Part shown: positions 62,523 through 64,000 of the stretch, one piece after another
Layout: every line of letters starts with the position of its first letter
Numbering within the stretch: position 1 is the first letter of the stretch
Source: an uncultured cyanobacterium
GTDB taxonomy: Bacteria > Cyanobacteriota > Cyanobacteriia > PCC-9006 > JAAUQQ01
Direction: 5' to 3'
NCBI GenBank assembly: GCA_963718615.1
Contig: OY970368.1
Span: forward strand, 1,120,001-1,184,000
Length of the DNA stretch: 64,000 bases
The notes under the pieces: model-generated
What the model saw: the letters and a program-made list of their open reading frames with translations, nothing else
What the model was told of the DNA's origin: nothing
Database searches by the model: none
Translations under genes and position numbers: made by a program

Positions 62523-62810
62523 TTAGCTGCTATAGGCCGGAGAAGAAGATAATGCAAGGGTTGTGTCTTCCATTCCCCCCCAATCCGTGGTAATCGTCAG
62601 TTGTTTGGGCTTGCAGCGCTCGATCTTCACTGCAATATTCTGAGCCCCTTCTCCTTCCAAATCTTCACGGTAGCCGCCAACATGGGCATCAGCCTCAGCA
62701 GCGCTGGCGAAAGGCCCAAAAAAGTAAACACACTGGGGAGATTCCGTAGAAATCCGGACCCAGTAGGCTAATCCTAAGACTGCGCGAAGAGCCAACAATG
62801 CATCCTTCAT
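62523..62810 (-). CDS. DUF1816 family protein
   Basis: WVRISTESPQCVYFFGPF..EGAQ..CKPKQLT. Confidence 0.85.
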   Translation of the reverse strand: MKDALLALRAVLGLAYWVRISTESPQCVYFFGPFASAAEADAHVGGYREDLEGEGAQNIAVKIERCKPKQLTITTDWGGMEDTTLALSSSPAYSS

Positions 62811-63087
62811 GCTAATTCCTAAAATATGAATAAATGACCAAATGCTCGATGAAGCGATTCTCGAACCTGAATACCAAATTAGCAAACGCTAACCCATTAA
62901 TCGCTGGTGATCATAAGGTAACAAAGTGGACCATTCCAGGGATAGATACATCCCTATCATGCCCGTCTTTACACTTCTTTATACTCTGTCATTCAAGTTT
63001 TTTCAATGCACACTGCTAGGGTTTAAAGTGATCCCCAAAGTATGTAGATTGGGGATCACAGGGATCAGACAGGGCAAGGGTTTTAAG

Positions 63088-64000
63088 CTATGTTTGCCAG
63101 CGTTGACGAAAGACTTCGTAGAGCGCCATTCCTGCAGCAACCGAAGCATTTAAGCTTTCGGTGTGACCCGATAAGGGGATCGATAGGAGAACATCACAAT
63201 GCTTTCGGGTCAAAATACTAAGCCCCGTTCCTTCCGCTCCCAGGACTAACACAATCGGTCCTGAGAAAGTCGTTTGATGTAACCGTTGGGGCGCTGCTGA
63301 GTCGGTTCCATAGATCCAGAATCCCTCTGATTTTAACTGCTCTAGGGCTCGGTTGAGGTTGGTGACCCGACTAATTTGGAAGGTTTCTAGGGCACCTGCT
63401 GCGACTTTTAGGACTGTCGAGGTTACACCAACAGCCCGCCGTTGTGGAATTACAAGGCCATGGGCCCCCAACGCCTCGGCAGATCGAATGATCGCCCCCA
63501 GGTTATGGGGATCAGTTATTCCATCGGCAGCCAGCACCACCGGCTGATGGGACGCGGCTTTGGCCTGGGTGATCAAGTCTTCTAGAGACAAATATTCGTA
63601 GGGAGAGGTTTGGGCCGCAATGCCCTGATGGTTGGCCCCCTGGGTGAGCTGCGTGAGCCGCTGGGGTTCGACTTCGGTAATCACAGCGCCATTGTCTTTG
63701 GCTTCTTCCAACAGCACCTTAAAGGGCACTTCGTATCGTAATCGGGGGGTAACCCAAATCCGGTTTAAATTACGCTTGCCCCGTGAGCCATCAGCGGCGT
63801 TCTCTTCGAGGGCAGCCCGGACTGCATGACGCCCGTAAATCAAATCTGATGAGGACTCTTCATCGTCAGCGGCAAACCCATCATTGAAGGTCTCTTCCAC
63901 GGGGGGACGATTGGGGGACCGGCGCTCGGAATTGTAACGGCGAGCGGAGCGCAGGGGAGGGCGATCGGAGCGAGAAGCAGAACGGTCAGCACGGTCTGAG
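63088..64000 (-). CDS. rlmB: 23S rRNA Gm2251 methyltransferase RlmB (5'-partial; frame open to window end)
   Basis: [31 protein letters not shown]. Confidence 0.93.
   Translation of the reverse strand, partial: SDRADRSASRSDRPPLRSARRYNSERRSPNRPPVEETFNDGFAADDEESSSDLIYGRHAVRAALEENAADGSRGKRNLNRIWVTPRLRYEVPFKVLLEEAKDNGAVITEVEPQRLTQLTQGANHQGIAAQTSPYEYLSLEDLITQAKAASHQPVVLAADGITDPHNLGAIIRSAEALGAHGLVIPQRRAVGVTSTVLKVAAGALETFQISRVTNLNRALEQLKSEGFWIYGTDSAAPQRLHQTTFSGPIVLVLGAEGTGLSILTRKHCDVLLSIPLSGHTESLNASVAAGMALYEVFRQRWQT

Larger units (their letters stand above)
1..64000. repeat. HIP1 octamer GCGATCGC dispersed at high density
   Basis: Many copies across housekeeping genes; hallmark of cyanobacteria. 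Confidence 0.95.

Overview
This window is cyanobacterial chromosome: HIP1 (GCGATCGC) is dense, and it carries cphAB, crr7 and a plqA/ubiA gene. Most of it is housekeeping (A-adding tRNA nucleotidyltransferase, ftsH, pepF, thrC-moaD, rplY, nfi, aroK, queD, cphBA, trm1, exbBD, ppx, LD-carboxypeptidase, ABC transporter, rlmB). Three accessory blocks stand out. (1) 1-6.8 kb: an actinobacterial-type PknG signalling operon (coiled-coil protein, frameshifted PknG-like kinase-TPR, Zn-ribbon PP2C, vWA, Zn-ribbon FHA, GlnX-like membrane protein). (2) 29.7-32.3 kb: two PF10127/RlaP-like nucleotidyltransferases flanking a membrane protein. (3) 42.8-54.0 kb: a putative wHTH-TIR-AAA_35 gene split by an IS21 with a 6-bp TSD, plus an AAA_35-TM-coiled-coil-WD40 gene with hypervariable near-identical repeats. 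These sit divergent from two membrane-anchored peptidoglycan-enzyme-like genes, which share a ~170-bp upstream module with identical spacing and a related N-terminal anchor. Block 3 is the best candidate for an undescribed system. I recognised no rRNA, tRNA or CRISPR array. All family calls come from motif recognition by eye, not database searches.
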